This document shows positions 46,601 to 60,600 of a stretch of 64,000 nt of DNA, one piece after another. Source of the stretch: Balanoglossus misakiensis (lineage: Eukaryota > Animalia > Hemichordata); NCBI GenBank assembly GCA_040954595.2, contig CM082585.2, positions 6,473,808 to 6,537,807 of the forward strand, in the 5' to 3' direction. Every line of letters begins with the position of its first letter. Positions within the stretch are counted from its first letter, which is position 1. The notes beneath the pieces are model-generated. The model worked only from the letters and a program-made list of their open reading frames with translations. It was not told where the DNA came from and ran no database searches. Both the position numbers and the translations under genes were made by a program.

Positions 46601-49600
46601 ATCTTTGTTCGTTTCTGACCAATGTTCTGATTTCTGCCTCTGCGTCTGAGACTTGTTTTCTGAGTTGATTCATCTCAATGTCTCTGTCTTGATGTTTGCC
46701 TTGTTCTAATGCCCTGAAATACATTAAATTTTACAGGTTAAGTTTTCAGTGTATGTACAAAAGGGAACGAACAGCAAGTTTTAACAGTCATACAGACATG
46801 TCAACTACCGGTGAGATACAGATGCCAAATTATGATACACCAGTATTTTGTCATGTACCTTATCATGTTGTCTTTGATGCGAAGTCTTTCTTCAAAATGG
46901 GACAATTCTTTGCTGTGCTGTCTTTGTTCTTGGTCTGCGATTTTCAGAAGATCGTCTCTTGACTGTAGTTCCAGTTGTACCTGTGTGAATTCATCTTCTA
47001 GTTTCTGAAAATGAGAAAAGAAAATAAGATTTGGTATGGTGACTGAAAACAACAAACAGTGACAGAGTACATCGGAAAGTTCTAGGACAGTCACCCCCTG
47101 GAAACTTTCCCACCAAACAATAACTATAACCCTATCCAAAGCCTAATTCTGACTGAGGATGGGGTAGGGGGTGCCACTCCAAGTGATAAACTCCCACACA
47201 GCAGTGATATAATTCTGGTTACAGAAGAAATGACAGAGATACCAAACACATACCAAGTTTTTCCTCTGACAATTTTGTAAATCTTCAATGAGTCGGTTGT
47301 GTTCTTCTGTAAGTTGTTTATTGCTTGTCAATGTTTCCTCCACTGATGTTTTCAACTTCTGTAACACCGACTCTTTATGCTGAGAATCAAATTCACACGG
47401 AGAGTCATTAGTACACAGCTAGAAAACAATGGGTGATTTTTAGGACAGGGTCTGATCAATACATTGCCTGTGACAAGCCGTGAGAAATAGCTGTGCATCT
47501 GTTACATAATTATCATGCCAAAAGTTCTATATGTTATATTTAAGCAATAAAACACCCCCAGCCATGGTATACCACGAGATTTTGACCAGTTCACGACATA
47601 TACGCACGAGCGATAGCGAGTGCGTATATGGAGTTGAACTGGTCAAAATCGAGTGGTATACCATGGCTGGGGGTGTTTTATTGCTATTATATTATGCCAG
47701 AATATTGAAACTTTGCATAAAACGTTTTAAAAAGGCATTTTCTTTGACTATGATATATGACTGTGGTATATGGCTAATATATCACGGTCACGTGTCGTGT
47801 CTCGACCAATCAAATAGCGTGATTTACACCATCAATATACTGGTATAATATAATGTACATTGTAGCATCCTCAATAGTCAATAATGCCGTCAGTGGCAAA
47901 AAGACAAATACAGTTTCCCCCTAACCTCAATGGTTTCCTGAGCGCGGGCTAACTGGCCTTCCAACTGAGACTGCTGCGTTCGGAAATTAATGTCTGTCTT
48001 TTCTAGGAGTTGTCTCCTTTTGTTGAGTTGATCTTGGTATCCCAAAGCTTGTTGCTGTGGAAACAAGGATGAAGTGTGGTGGCAATGTTAGTGCTGGCTG
48101 AGACAGTGTGATAATTAGAATAACTTTTTACACATCATTTTTGAACGCAGCAAATTCTACAAAACAGAATTCCATAGGTATCACTTACTTGTAAAAGATC
48201 ACACTTTTCAAGCAGAGTTTTGTTCTGTGATTCCACTGCACATAACTGTTGTTCTAGTGACCTCTTGTGACTTTCACATTCACCAAGTTTTAGTTTGTAT
48301 TCCTGAATTTAAAAAAAAAATTCATTTAATAAAATCAGAATATTCACACTAAATGAAATAAAGCATTAACAATTATGGCACCAAGACAATTATTTTTTTT
48401 TGTACAGAAAGCTGCACCAGACAAAGTTTATGGAATGCCTTCATTTCATCAAGTTTCCCATGGATGAGAAAACAGGAAATCCAACATCAAAAATAACTTT
48501 CCTTTCTTGAATGACAGAATGCAGCTGTACAATTGGCTCATCAAAAGTACTGCAATATTTCAATATCTTGCATAGATTTCAACTGACCTCTGCTTTGTGG
48601 CGAGCACGTTGTACCTCCGACGCATTCCCATGCAACTCCAACGGAATCTTATCCCGATTTCTTTCAGATTGCTTCTTATGGTGTTTTTCAAGTCTCTCAT
48701 AGTTCCGCTTCAAGCTACTCAACTGTAAAGATAAATTGTTCAAGATGATACACCAAGTAGCTCAGTGAAAGGAAATATGAGTGTTAAACAGATACTGGGG
48801 AAAGCTAAAGTTCTGATTATGTAACCATTATTTTTAATACATTATCAGCATATAAATTACATTACACTCTGATTTGACTCACATCATCAGTATACCACAC
48901 AGAGTCAGTACATGTAAATATGTCACACCACTCTATACTTTCACATAGATCTTATAGACTACCTACCTCTCCATGCAGTCTCTTCACCTGATCTTCATAC
49001 TGACTCGCCAAATCTTTCTTGGTCCTTTCCAAGATGTCCATCTGATGCTGCATTCTACCCATCTGTGAAAAAAAATATTCCCTCACACATGTAGGTAAAA
49101 TACTGAATATAAAGCAAAACTTTACAGCTAAGGTCTCTTTAATCAGATTACAAAGGGTATTCTATATGTGGTCATAGAGGGCGCACTTCACCAACCACTT
49201 CCCTGAACCCAGTTGGCCAGAAAAATTCAAACCCATCCACTCACTTCTTGATTTTTCGTTTCCAGAGAAGCTCTCAGAGAAATGACTTCTTTGTCTCGGA
49301 TGTCCAGTTTTGTCTGATGATCTTGCAGCTGCATATCCCACTCCAATTTCTTGTTGTTGACCATGATATCGATCTGCTTCATCAATTCTTGTAGCTCCGC
49401 TTCACAGGAAGACAGAGCACCTTGAAACAGCCTACAGGGAGAGAAATGTTAAAATGTAAAAACAGACATCTGGACAAAAGTAACTGAATAGTTGAATAGA
49501 TTCGGACCAAACCATGGGTGTTGAAAGGGTTACCCTTTCAGACCCTACTTCTTGGAAACTTTGCCTAATTTTACTCCCTGTATATATGGACAGGTAATCA

Positions 49601-49812
49601 CTTCCACTTTGTTACATTTGTCAAGTGGGATCTACGTTCTCTATAACATTACTTCTATGAAAACACTACCAGAATTTTCTTTATTTCACACAATGGATAT
49701 TTGGTCCAAACCCATTGTTTTCTATCACATAGTAGGTTCAAGTTACACCTATATGATTTAACACTTACCCGGCTTCCTGAGCCTGCTTGTGAAAATCAGT
49801 CATCATCAACAT
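43653..49812 (-). CDS. CEP63: Centrosomal protein CEP63 / deuterosome protein DEUP1 pro-ortholog, ~16 exons
   Basis: N-terminal LSSCEAELQELMKQIDIMVNNKKLEW (exon ~49431-49245), long coiled-coil exons, and C-terminal FVSEEKRRGRELELLLDDHIADLHKNTEITLKKF (43803-43653), the hallmark termini of CEP63/DEUP1. First coding exon ~49812-49769; probable UTR exon donor near 50360. Confidence 0.88.
43886..44068. mobile_element. Tc1/mariner (Tigger-like) MITE
   Basis: TA-CAGTTGAACCCTGTGTAAAC left end; GTTTAGACAGGTTTCATTA-TA right end; internal agaggtgtcc motif. Confidence 0.6.
45630..45841. mobile_element. TA-flanked MITE with ~27 bp TIRs
   Basis: tactgtaaaacattttattttcgcgag ... ctcgcgaaaataaagtgttttacagta. 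A related copy lies at 53456-53649. Confidence 0.8.
47543..47685. repeat. Long near-perfect palindrome (~143 bp hairpin), probably part of a larger element extending to ~47850
   Basis: agcaataaaacacccccagccatggtataccac..gattttgaccagttca..catatacgcac [gagcgatagcga] gtgcgtatatg..tgaactggtcaaaatc..gtggtataccatggctgggggtgttttattgct. Confidence 0.9.
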
Positions 49813-50907
49813 CTTAGTAGTGTACTTTATTATGTGTGCATCTATGCTAAGATCTGAGTTGCACAAAACCTAGTACAGATAGAACAAAGCATTATTTTAT
49901 GTACAGGCATGGATTGGTATCATATCTGACAATGTTATTGTGTTCAGTCACTACACAGTAACAATGTAGATTTGTTGTTGTTTTCAATAATTTAGTTAAA
50001 ATAATCAATAATGATTATGATATGTACACCTATGTACCATTGCATTGTACACACTGAAATGGATGAGAAAAGTGACTTTGACATCCATGTGCATTTCTTT
50101 AACATACAGTGTAGTAACTGCATTTCATTGCCTACACAGGTACAATACCTGTCAGACTTCAGTACAGTGTGTGTGCAGCAACTAAATATCTGCCTTCGGA
50201 TTCGGGGATCCCTGGATCACCGGTCACCATGACAATCCGAAAGCAGATTCCACCTTCAATGGTGACAATGCTTCAGATCAGAGACTATCGTCATCGAACC
50301 CAATAACGTACTTCAATGAATCTGTGCATATTTTAGATATCGCACTCGAGTCTACTTACCGCCAACACCTTACGGCCAGCCGCGCCAGTATTTGTGCAGA
50401 CGAAAGCCGCTAAATTCAAATCGTTGTTGTCAGCCGGCGTCACAGTACGAATATGGATAACGCCTGCGTTCTGTACCCAGCCGATTTTCGAATCGTACAC
50501 TTGCGTGCTTCACGACGTAAACGCAAAACTTGAGGGTTGTGGAAAGAAAGTAAAATCGGCCAAGATCAGATAAATTCTAGTGCACGAAAATATAACAAGG
50601 AACGTTCAACACGCTATAAACTAATACACGTTCCAGCTTGTTATGACTTGTTGAACAGTTGACTGACATTGTGTCACCGAACAGTATTGTGGGAAATGTC
50701 CATTTAACTTTCCGGAAACGAACACAAGGCTGGCCAGTTTTGCCTTGCATTAGTGTTCTGGTTGAGGTTTCTCAGAAATGTCTACAATTAAGATATACAA
50801 GATACTCCTAAAAATGCACATGCAAAGCCGCAATAAACATCCTCTACCTGGAGTCCAATTACGTGAGTACAGTCAGTTACATAAAAAATCTGTACGTCAT
50901 CATGTGA

Positions 50908-50980
50908 GTTTTCGTAGTGTAGTGGTTATCACGCTCGCCTCACACGCGAGAGGTCCCCGGTTCGAACCCGGGCGGAAACA
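50908..50980 (+). tRNA. tRNA-Val (anticodon CAC)
   Basis: GTTTTCGTAGTGTAGTGGTTATCACGCTCGCCTCACACGCGAGAGGTCCCCGGTTCGAACCCGGGCGGAAACA: 73 nt cloverleaf, intact A and B boxes, oligo-T Pol III terminator at ~50990-50997. Confidence 0.97.
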
Positions 50981-52137
50981 TCGCCAACATTTTTTTCTCG
51001 CCTTGCTCTTTTATTTTATAGGTTTTGTTATACACATTACGGATTTACAGGACAATTTAAACATTTTGATTGATTATTTTTATCACTCTTTTCCTTTTTG
51101 ACACAGGGAATTGCAATTTTGCTGTGACTTTTCCAGGGTGGGTCTAACTTTACAAAGTGGTCAGACGACACTGTTATAATTAATAAATTTGTTGTAGGCT
51201 CTCTACATTTTTTTCAGTTGAAGAACATTTGAATTTTGAAGTTCAAGAATTTTACAGCATTTATCCGCTTTAATTACCTATACCTGTTTTATAAAATGCA
51301 TTTCAAGTGGTGGCTTATTGGTAAAATGGTACAGTCTAATTTTTGGTGGAATTTTTCTTTCGTCATCACTGGGTTTTCACACAAAGTAACTATGGATCCT
51401 ACTGAAAGTTCTAATAATAATTTCGAAATACAGTTTTTGTCAAACTAAAATTACTTTCAAACTTGGCATTGATTAGCACAAATATAGTTTATTTCATATT
51501 ATTAAATTTACCAGTTTTAATCATCTATATTTCAGTGTATTTACTTATAGTGTAGACCTGTGTAGTAAAAAATCTTTGATGCTTTGACGGCTTTGTGGGA
51601 AAGAGTGGCAGTATGCTGCGAAAATGTTATGAAAACTGGGAGAAGAAAAACTAATACATGTAAAGTTGTAAACAGTAAGGCATTGGGTAACTGTGGAGGT
51701 TCTAATACGGAGGTACAAAACAGTACGTGTAGCCGAACCTCTCTAATATAATTTATACGACTTGTGCTGGGCTGGTTGCCAAGGACGCCGCGGGTGGAGG
51801 TTCGGTTTAAGGAAGTGTGTGTACTATAAAACACACATATATCTACATACAAACTATCCACCCGATATTAAACTTATTGTGGACGCTTTTTATACTCCTT
51901 CTCCCTGCATTAATAAATTACAGGGAGGACGTTAGTCGCCAATATTAAAACATCATACGAATAAGCGCTCGGTCAGCTAATTGATTTATAGTGCAATGTA
52001 CCGTGTTACACGTAACTTCCGGCTATTTATCCGCACCTGACAAGATCGCGATCGATACAGAGAGCTGATCAAGATAACCCGTCCTCCACACTAAGCCATT
52101 ACATGAAGGACTTGCATGTGTCGTTTGAGAGATCGCA

Positions 52138-55100
52138 ATGTCGACTAAACCGGTTCGTAAAGCCACGGATCAGTTGGAACTCCTGGAACGGATACTAAAC
52201 AGGACGACACTCACTACACAGAAAGCTGGCCATGGCAACATTATCGGTAAGCATGAACGCCATCTTGTGTGAGACGAAGCGTGAACGAGAGTGATGTCGT
52301 GGCTAATATCTGTTGTTCTGCATGCTATCTTGCTTGATATGTCGTCAGTCTGAAACAAACGCTTAAATTTGATTGTTGGGGATGTTTTTGCCTCGATCCT
52401 AGTGGGCTGGTCAATCACTCACACCTTTGATACAGTTATATGCAAAATTGTTATGCACATTCGCCCTCTTAGCAATGGCAATGTACACAGCTCCGTCTTG
52501 ACCCACAGAACCATTCGATCATTCACTTCTCTGAAACAAATTTGAGTCTGAACTCTGATCTATCATGGAATTTTCAAAAGTTGGGTGTACACAAAATTCT
52601 TCTTCCTACTATTAATGAGACAATTTTTCCCAGTAGAATGTTTTGAAACAGACGATGCATGGCCACTCCACATATCTCGCTCATGATATTCAAACAAACC
52701 GATTTTCTTGTTGACAAAATACCCTTCATTGGAAATAATGCAAGGTATGGCAATTCGTGCTGCAAAAGCCTCAGGCACGGGTTTATTTATTTTCAGGACA
52801 ATTATATATTTATTTCGGTGGGAGACCATTAAATATTTTAGTAGGACATCTATTATGTTGATAGTAAGGCTAATCTCCTAAAGTTGGATGTGGCTTTTTA
52901 TGGCAGTTCGATAGTAGGGGGGTGATTAAACCTTGTTATCTATTTAAAATGACCAGATAGAGAGGTTTTGATCTTTGGATGGTGGATGTCATAATATTAT
53001 TCAATTTGCTGTTTTTCTTCGCAAACAGGCAAATTGAACAAAGTCTGAATATTTGAATGCATTCATTTGTGCATATGATGTCACTGTGTTGTTATCAAGT
53101 AATGACTTGTCAAAATAATGAAATATAATCTAAACATTTACATGCGGGCAATTTCAATCTGTAACCAGGTAACTCTTATCAGAGCACAGTACTTGTATCC
53201 TCACCATGGCTAGTCAGGTATGCCATGTTGTCCCTTGTATGAAATTCCAAAGTACCCCGACTTAAAGTGGCATTGATAGATAATAACACTTAATATAGAG
53301 AGAGCCATTATCAAACACAAATCAAAGAAATGCCTTAGTAGTTGCCATGACCCGGGTCAAGCATACCTTGTCAGAATCGCTCTGCCTGGTAACCGGTCAA
53401 TACTCTTTGTTAAAATGACTTCAAGTTGAATGTCGCTTTGAATGACAATAGCATATACTGTAAAACAGGAAATTTTCACGACAGGAAATTTTTCGCGATT
53501 TCAAAAGAGGTGACTGTTACGTGACGATAGATTATCATGTTCTCATATTTCTCTGCATTGGTATCTCCAAAAAACATTTTAACGCGACTTTTTGTTTTCG
53601 CCTTTTTTTGGCTTTCTCGTAGCTCACGAAAATTTCTCGTTTTATAGTATATATGTAGCCATAATGTAGCTGGTTTGCTTTATTGTATCATGCACACAGT
53701 GAGAATGAGTTTTAGTATGTACCAGAAAATATTATGAAGGAAATACAGGTGTAATATGTTGATCACATTTTTGAGCTGAACAAATTAAAGGAAATTCTCA
53801 GGATACAGTACAATAATTGCTTGTGTTTGCTTGGTTTATACTTTGTTGGACTTTGTTATCCACCGAAATTTAATCCAAACAATTAGCTTCCTGTTTAACA
53901 TGGTTGAGAATGTATGCCTTGAATGATTTACGGAAAACGAGTTGCCCGGTTACCGGTTACCAAGGGGGTCATGTCAAAGGTCAAAGTAGCTAGTATCTTT
54001 TGACATATTATTTTGAAGAATTTTGATTTGTCACAGTCCCTCCACCGTCATTCTGTGAAATAAAACACGTCGCCGTGCCCTACATCTGATTTTAATCAGA
54101 TTGGTGTATAGCACAAGTAGCGTCTTCGGCAAGTACCCAGGCTCCAGTGAGAGTCTGGCTTGCAAGACTACATGTATGGGCAAGCGAGCACTGGCTCATA
54201 CGTAAAAGACACACTGGGTTATTCAAGCGAATCCTGTAGAGCATCCTGTTTCTGGGATTGAGTGCCTTTGGTGTGATCTTTTGGCCTCTGAGAGACTACC
54301 GATCTGGGATTGAGTACCTTTGGTGTGATTGTTTGCCTTTTGAAAGAATACCATACGCCCAACTCACTTACATTGTATATGTGTTTAACTATGACAGGCA
54401 TTGGTGGGAATTTGTTGGACAAGGTGCTGCAGAAAGCCGAGAAAGACAAAGAGGAAGCTATCAGACGAGCCGTAGAAGAAGCAGAGGAGAGAGCAGCCCG
54501 GGCGTTAGCAGAAGCTCTGGAGAAAGCGAGACAAGAAGCTGAAAGGGATAAGAAAGAGGCCCTGGAAGAACAGAGATTAGTGAGTCTTCAGTGAATTCTC
54601 AAATTTGAAACTGAATGTACTGGTATTAAACTTAAAGGTATACGGCCACCTATGGAAAAATAGCTATAGTTACCATGGCAAATTGAGATCTAGCCAATCA
54701 CAGATTTTCAGTGGGTGGCACACGTGAAAAAAAGAGCGCCACCATTAGAACGCTCAAATACGCCATTCCAGCCATATATGGGCGTATGTAAATTTGAGGT
54801 GACTGTATACCTTAAAAGTTCTGTTGCATAAATGTCTGTGTGAAAGGATTATATTATAGGCTGTTGCCTGTCTCCCAAAAATTGACAGAGTTGGACAACA
54901 GATATTTCACTGTGCCAATCTATCCTAAAGTGACCTTTTTGTGACAAGAAAATTGGATTTATTTCCAGGCATACGAAAGATTGGCTGCACAGGTGGCTGA
55001 ACAGAGAGACAGACTCGAAGAGGAAAGGATCGAACTCCTGACCAGAAGATTTTTGAAAGAGAAAGAGGAGGCCTTGCGCAAGCAGTGGGAAGAGTGTGAA

Positions 55101-56093
55101 CGAATCAAGGAAAAGGCAATCAAGGAGGCCCTGGAAAAACAGGAAAGGGAATTGAGACGTCAGTTTGCGATAGAGAAGGAGAGGGCTGTAGCAGAAGCAT
55201 TGGCTATAGCTAGGGTATGTACAGAGAGTTCTTTGTCTGTCTGGAGGTTGTCTCGAGTTATATGTAGGGTTCTGGTGTAGAGTTACGAAACCTACAAATT
55301 TTGAATTCTGACAAGTTAGTGAGGTAATGTGATGTGATGTGATTAATTTTGAGTTTGATGTGAGACTTTGTACACTGTTATCTCTTACAGAAACAATTCC
55401 AGAAAAGATTGGAAGAGGAAATTCGTAAAACGATTGCAGAATGTGAACGAATAGCAGCTGAGGAGGCGGCCAGGGTGGCTAAATTACATAAGCAAGAATG
55501 TGATAGGCTGAATAATATGTAAGTAGACACAAAAAAGAATAGACACTATAGCTGGCTAAAGTTGTAAGTACAACTCACTTTAAATGGTATTTTTTTCTGG
55601 ATTTTAGAATTCTAGATTTGAAGAGACAAGTAAGAGATGAAATAGCAGCTCGCCAGATGGTTCAAGAAGATTTTAGGGTAAGTAGCCATTTATTTGAACA
55701 GAAAAAGAACACAGAGAAATGATTTTATTTTGCCATGTATTCAAATACAGTGTAGTTGTGTTTCTAAGCAGTTTGATCCATTTCAAACCATTCAGAGAAT
55801 TGAAGAGTTATTTTTCACTTTTTGTAAATCTCCAGGCAATTCAGAGAGATTACAGACGATTTATCAACTACCACGATGGACGGTATCACTCCGATTACAT
55901 GATGAAATTGAAGAAACACGGAATGAGATTCGACGTCAACTGGGACAGGAAAGACAGCACGCAGGAAGACAAAGACATGGTTCCTCTTGTTTTGCACACT
56001 TATCTGGCGAAGGAGGGAAGATTCACACCGCATAATGAACTTGATCTTGAACTACCGTCTTTGAAGAAACCCTACCGTCCTTTTCTACCATAG
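52138..56093 (+). CDS. Charged coiled-coil protein, C6orf163-like, 6 exons
   Basis: Exons approx: 52138-52246, 54398-54579, 54969-55214, 55391-55518, 55609-55678, 55837-56093. HGNII|GIGGNLL resembles the H.xILDIG motif, followed by E/K/R/A-rich helices and C-terminal YRRFINY...HSDYM. Family assignment is from memory of motifs. Confidence 0.7.
53456..53649. mobile_element. TA-flanked MITE related to 45630-45841
   Basis: tactgtaaaacaggaaattttcacg ... cacgaaaatttctcgttttatagta, with shared internal acgcgactttt..ttttc.c. Confidence 0.65.
54632..54815. mobile_element. TTAA-flanked Kolobok-like MITE
   Basis: ttaa-aggtatacggccacct ... aggtgactgtatacc-ttaa TIRs. Related partial copies at ~12256-12373, ~34400-34567 and (reverse) ~62610-62725. 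Confidence 0.65.
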
Positions 56094-57692
56094 GCTGAAA
56101 GATGAAAGGTTCCTATGTGTAATACATGCCCGTTGAGGGCGCTTTGCTGCATCGGAAAGAGAAATGGTTGAGGGCGCTCTGATTGAAGGAGACTTCAGAT
56201 AAAGGGCTGTTTGCAGTTGGTTTGTGTCCAATCTGTCAAATTTTGCCAGGTAGAATACACAAAACAGACCTCCAGTGATATAATTCTTTTCATTACCAAT
56301 TATGTGCAACCCGACAGACTATTTGGTCAAGAACATAGCAGGCCAACATAGGAGTACAGGGACGTATAATCTTTCAGTCTTCATGTTCAGTACTGAAGTC
56401 CACTGGACAGCCTTCCGTATTTTTCAGTGAAACAGTACTTCTGTGCCAATGCAATATTTACGAATCTCCAGGGTTTTAAACAGAATTTACACAGCTTTCC
56501 TTTTTGCTAACAACAAAAGAAGTTCTTATACATGACAGTTGTTCTTTACCTTATTATATATATATTGTTTGCACCATGACAAGTTGAATATTATAATCAT
56601 ATTTTATAATCGTGATTATTCACAGTACCTCATAATACAACTAACTTTATTATCTGCTAACAAGGATTCTTTTTTCTGATTAACATTATGAGTGGTAACT
56701 GATAATATTACTTTTAAATGTTTAAAAGATTTCTATAAAAGTTATTTTAAAAAATTAGACCTTTTGGTCTAACCTTTTTGTGTCCGAAAGTATATAATAG
56801 AATTTAATAACTTAAAGTGAATTCTGTTTTATGAATTGACTTTACAGAAGTGAAATGTTTAATTACACTTGTACTGTTTATTTTTTTTCTCTCTTCTCAT
56901 TTACAAACACGGACCAGCTGCTCTACTTGAACTAATAGTTCAAGAATATTTTTATTTAATGTCTCTTTTTGCAGCAGTACTTGTCGACACATTGAAATAT
57001 AACTGACACAATAAAATATTTTTCACAGTTGTCAAGTATATGTGTGTTATAACATTGATGTTTGAGTTGGCTGATGTCATAGACTTTTATGTTTCCAGTT
57101 GTAAGCTAGGATGTTAAGGAAGTCACCCTCTCCCCAGATATCAAATGGTCCAACCCTTACTTTTCTTTTTTGGTCACATTTAAAGGAGTTACCGTAAAAA
57201 GGTTGTGGTTTACGACCATGATTTGTTGTCATTTGCATAATGAAGACAGATAAATCAACCACCTGTATGCTTGCATGCATGGTTTATTAAAATTCAACCT
57301 TGGGTATAGGGAAAATTGACATGACAACTTAGTAAAATTGGTGTTACTACAATAGCTCAAAAATCTAGAAAGCTTGGTGTAAATTATTGTCCAGGATTAT
57401 TAATTTCTGGTTACGATATATATTTGTGAATTCTCACTAACATCAAACAAAACACAAATCGAATTCAGGTTGACTTCTCAGTTGTACGTTGTCATCGATG
57501 AAAGTAAAATTCAAATATGGTCATGGTAGAATTGGCAAGTAATGTGCAGTTTCTCGCACTGTTGATACGATAACTTCAATTGAATAATGTTCCTAACAAT
57601 CCTAACTTCGCTGCATAAAAAAACTAAGACACAAAACACAGAAAATCAAAGTAGGCTTAGACCTAGAGCTGTTGTATTAATTTCTCCATTAT

Positions 57693-60600
57693 TCAATGGG
57701 GAAAGGCGACTGCCGCAAAGAACGCTTCTATGTCTCTCCATCCATTTCCGGTCTGCCCGTTGCCATGGTGAATGTACATCTCGCGGACCGTGTGTGTGCG
57801 CCAGCCGCTGCACCACTGACCTCCCCACCACCCCCAGCAGACACGCGATCGCCGGTCCCGCTGACGGACCCGGGTGACCACGCCATAGTGCGGCGAGAAA
57901 GTCCACCAGGCCCCGTCCACGTGGTAGCCAGCGATGGCCGGGAATCTTGAGCTCTCCACGATTTCGGCGATGTAGTCCCTGACGTGCTCGCGGGGGATGT
58001 ACGCCAGGTCGTTCATGAACCAGAAACCGTCGGTCTTCTCGACGTTGATGTGGTCGCCACCGCGCTCGATGAAGAAGTCTTCCACGTTGTCCATGTCGCT
58101 CTGCAGGACCACGCCCTGGCCGCCGAAGCATTCGATGTCCAGCAGGTGGCGCAGATGCTCGATGTACGGCTTCATTCGGTCAGTCAGGGTCCCGTCGGCC
58201 TGGCAGTCATCGCTCCCCGTTGTGCCGTCGGGTCCGCAGCGAAACAGCGCCTGTTCGAGTCCGTAGTTCGGTACCGCGTGCCCCAGTCTGTCGTAGTACC
58301 CGAAGACCATCGCCCAGGCGACGGCTGCCGAACCACTGTCGCATTCATCAACTGCGTGTTGCTCATAGTCCGGGAAGAGAGATTCTTCCGATATGGTAAA
58401 CTCTTCCCAGTCGGTCCAGTCAGTGCTTCTCTTTCTTCGCCGGAGCTTCTCGTCTTCCGACAAATCTACCCCGAATCTCCGGACGACGACGGTCCCGTCT
58501 TGCATGTACAGCTCGACTTGGAAACCGATTTCCTCGCCGGCGAGAACGGTCGACACATACTTATGATCATCGACCACCTCAACTGTAATATACCGCTGTC
58601 CATGGGCGTTCGTCAGAATACTCGACTCGGTGATCACGTCGTTTCCTTCGCACAGATTGACGGTGACTTTGCACAGGTTTGCCTGCCACTGTGTCACTTC
58701 TTCGTCACTCATTTTCTCTCGGAAAGGCAAAAACTTGATCTTGATGCCAGTGGTGATGTTACTTATTGCGATATTGACCGAGTCACCTGGAAAAAGGGAC
58801 AAAGATCAATGTCTTCAAGTTCATTACCACAGATTCATTCGACGAAAATCGTGACGAATTACTGATTGTGCAAAATTATGAAGCCAGCAATTCCTACAAC
58901 GTGTTATTTTAACTAACACAACCTCAAAAACCAATAACCTACCCTCAATATCTCAGTATATCCGCCGGTGTAATTTATAGTGATCTTGTCGAATAGTTAT
59001 TATGCAAAAGCATGTATTAATTGGTTTACAACAATGTAAAGACAGTCTCACCTGGGGCAATGGCTTGTTCACCGACAGTTTCATCATTGAACCCGAAGAT
59101 CGGTTTGCCGTTCTCCCTCTCTCGTTTCACGTCGTCGTCGTCGACGATGGCGTCGTACACGGACACAGCGTCCCACTCGCCATATGCTTCCACGTCGACC
59201 GCCCTGCGATTCCAGACTTTTTCCATCTCTGGCAGGATCTTGTGGAGGCCTTCATGAATGACATCTCTGGTGAGGTTCTTTCCCTAGAAAGTGCGAATCG
59301 GTATAATGATGGCACCCTGTAGCTAGGGGAATCATACTGAAACTACAGCGAAAAGTTACGGCTAAAAGCGTCAATTGTCATTTTTTTTCGTGGATACAAA
59401 ATAACAATCCGTCTGTTGACTTCTGTTCATTCATTTATGACCAGTGGAATGTCTTAAATGCTTAAAGAAACGTCCATGTACTATCTAGTGATCACATATC
59501 AATCAAGATAAATTTTTAATTTCTAATCTATTTAATCACCTTCGGTGTTGATTGAAACGTGTCATCCAAAGTCGTGGCAACCACCTTGCCTTCCATATTT
59601 TCGCAGAACATGGCACCCCCAGGCGTCAGCATGTAGAACCTGTAGCATTGATCACCAAAGCTTTCAGCTACGGCCGACATCTGGGAGAGCGGGCTTGGGA
59701 GGGTGCCTTCCTGATTTAAACGATAGTCACCAGTCTTGACTCCAGCAGAAAGTACCAGATATTCTTCGTTGTTGATTTCGATTCCCCAATACGCCACATA
59801 TTCTTTGTCAAGGTCTTTTCGGTAGATGGGTGTTATGTCACCTAAATTAAATGCAAAATGTACCATGTTTATTAAAAATGCTCATTACTTTCGTTTCGTG
59901 CACAATGTAAATGACGTCATTTCTGCATATTACTGGGAAGGTCGCCGTTCTGAATGTCTTTCTTAACCCCTTCAACCCTGCATAGACGTCAGGGGTCCAC
60001 CTTTGCCATTGAAAACAATGGGATTGGGCAAAACCATGGTATCGAATGGGATAAATTCTCATAAACAGAAATCGCCATATTCACGAAAAGGTGCAGCGAA
60101 GCAAAGTGATCTTGTCCACAGAAGAGAAGACCCAAGTTAAAATAGTAGCCAGAGCATAAACTCGAAATCGACTCTTACGTTTATGAGAAAAGACATCTTA
60201 ACATTACCTAGACAACGTAATATTTATTTTAGTGACAGCAGGTTATCGACAAAAGGCCACACTCCGAAGTTTTGAAAAGATTTACCCTGAAATTTTTCTT
60301 TCAGTTTTCTAACCGTACAATCTAACACTGCCTAGGATCGCATGCTGTTAAAATATGGCGCTCCCAAATTGCTTCTTAAAACTTTTCTCATGTTTGCTGA
60401 GAGCAACTTTTTCTTCGTTGTTTTCTAAAAGTCACTTCACGCACTGTAAAATAAGCTAATAATTGAAAGCTTTGGTGTGTTTTTTCCTGAAAATCTGTAC
60501 CCGAGGCTGGTAAATACTACCGCAACCTTAAAACTGTCCATAACAAGCGGCGTTGAATAACAACACCCTCTAGTCTAACATGTAAAATAATCTGCAGAGA

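Noticed and set aside
57646-58865. Overlapping 293 aa (+) and 161 aa (-) ORFs
   Set aside because: By-products of the GC-rich final exon of the secreted protein; no independent gene signals.
59284-59316. Apparent in-frame TAG in exon 3 of the secreted protein if the CAG acceptor near 59317 is used
   Set aside because: The TAG is itself a good acceptor (ctttctag|GGA) that preserves the frame, so the gene need not be a pseudogene.
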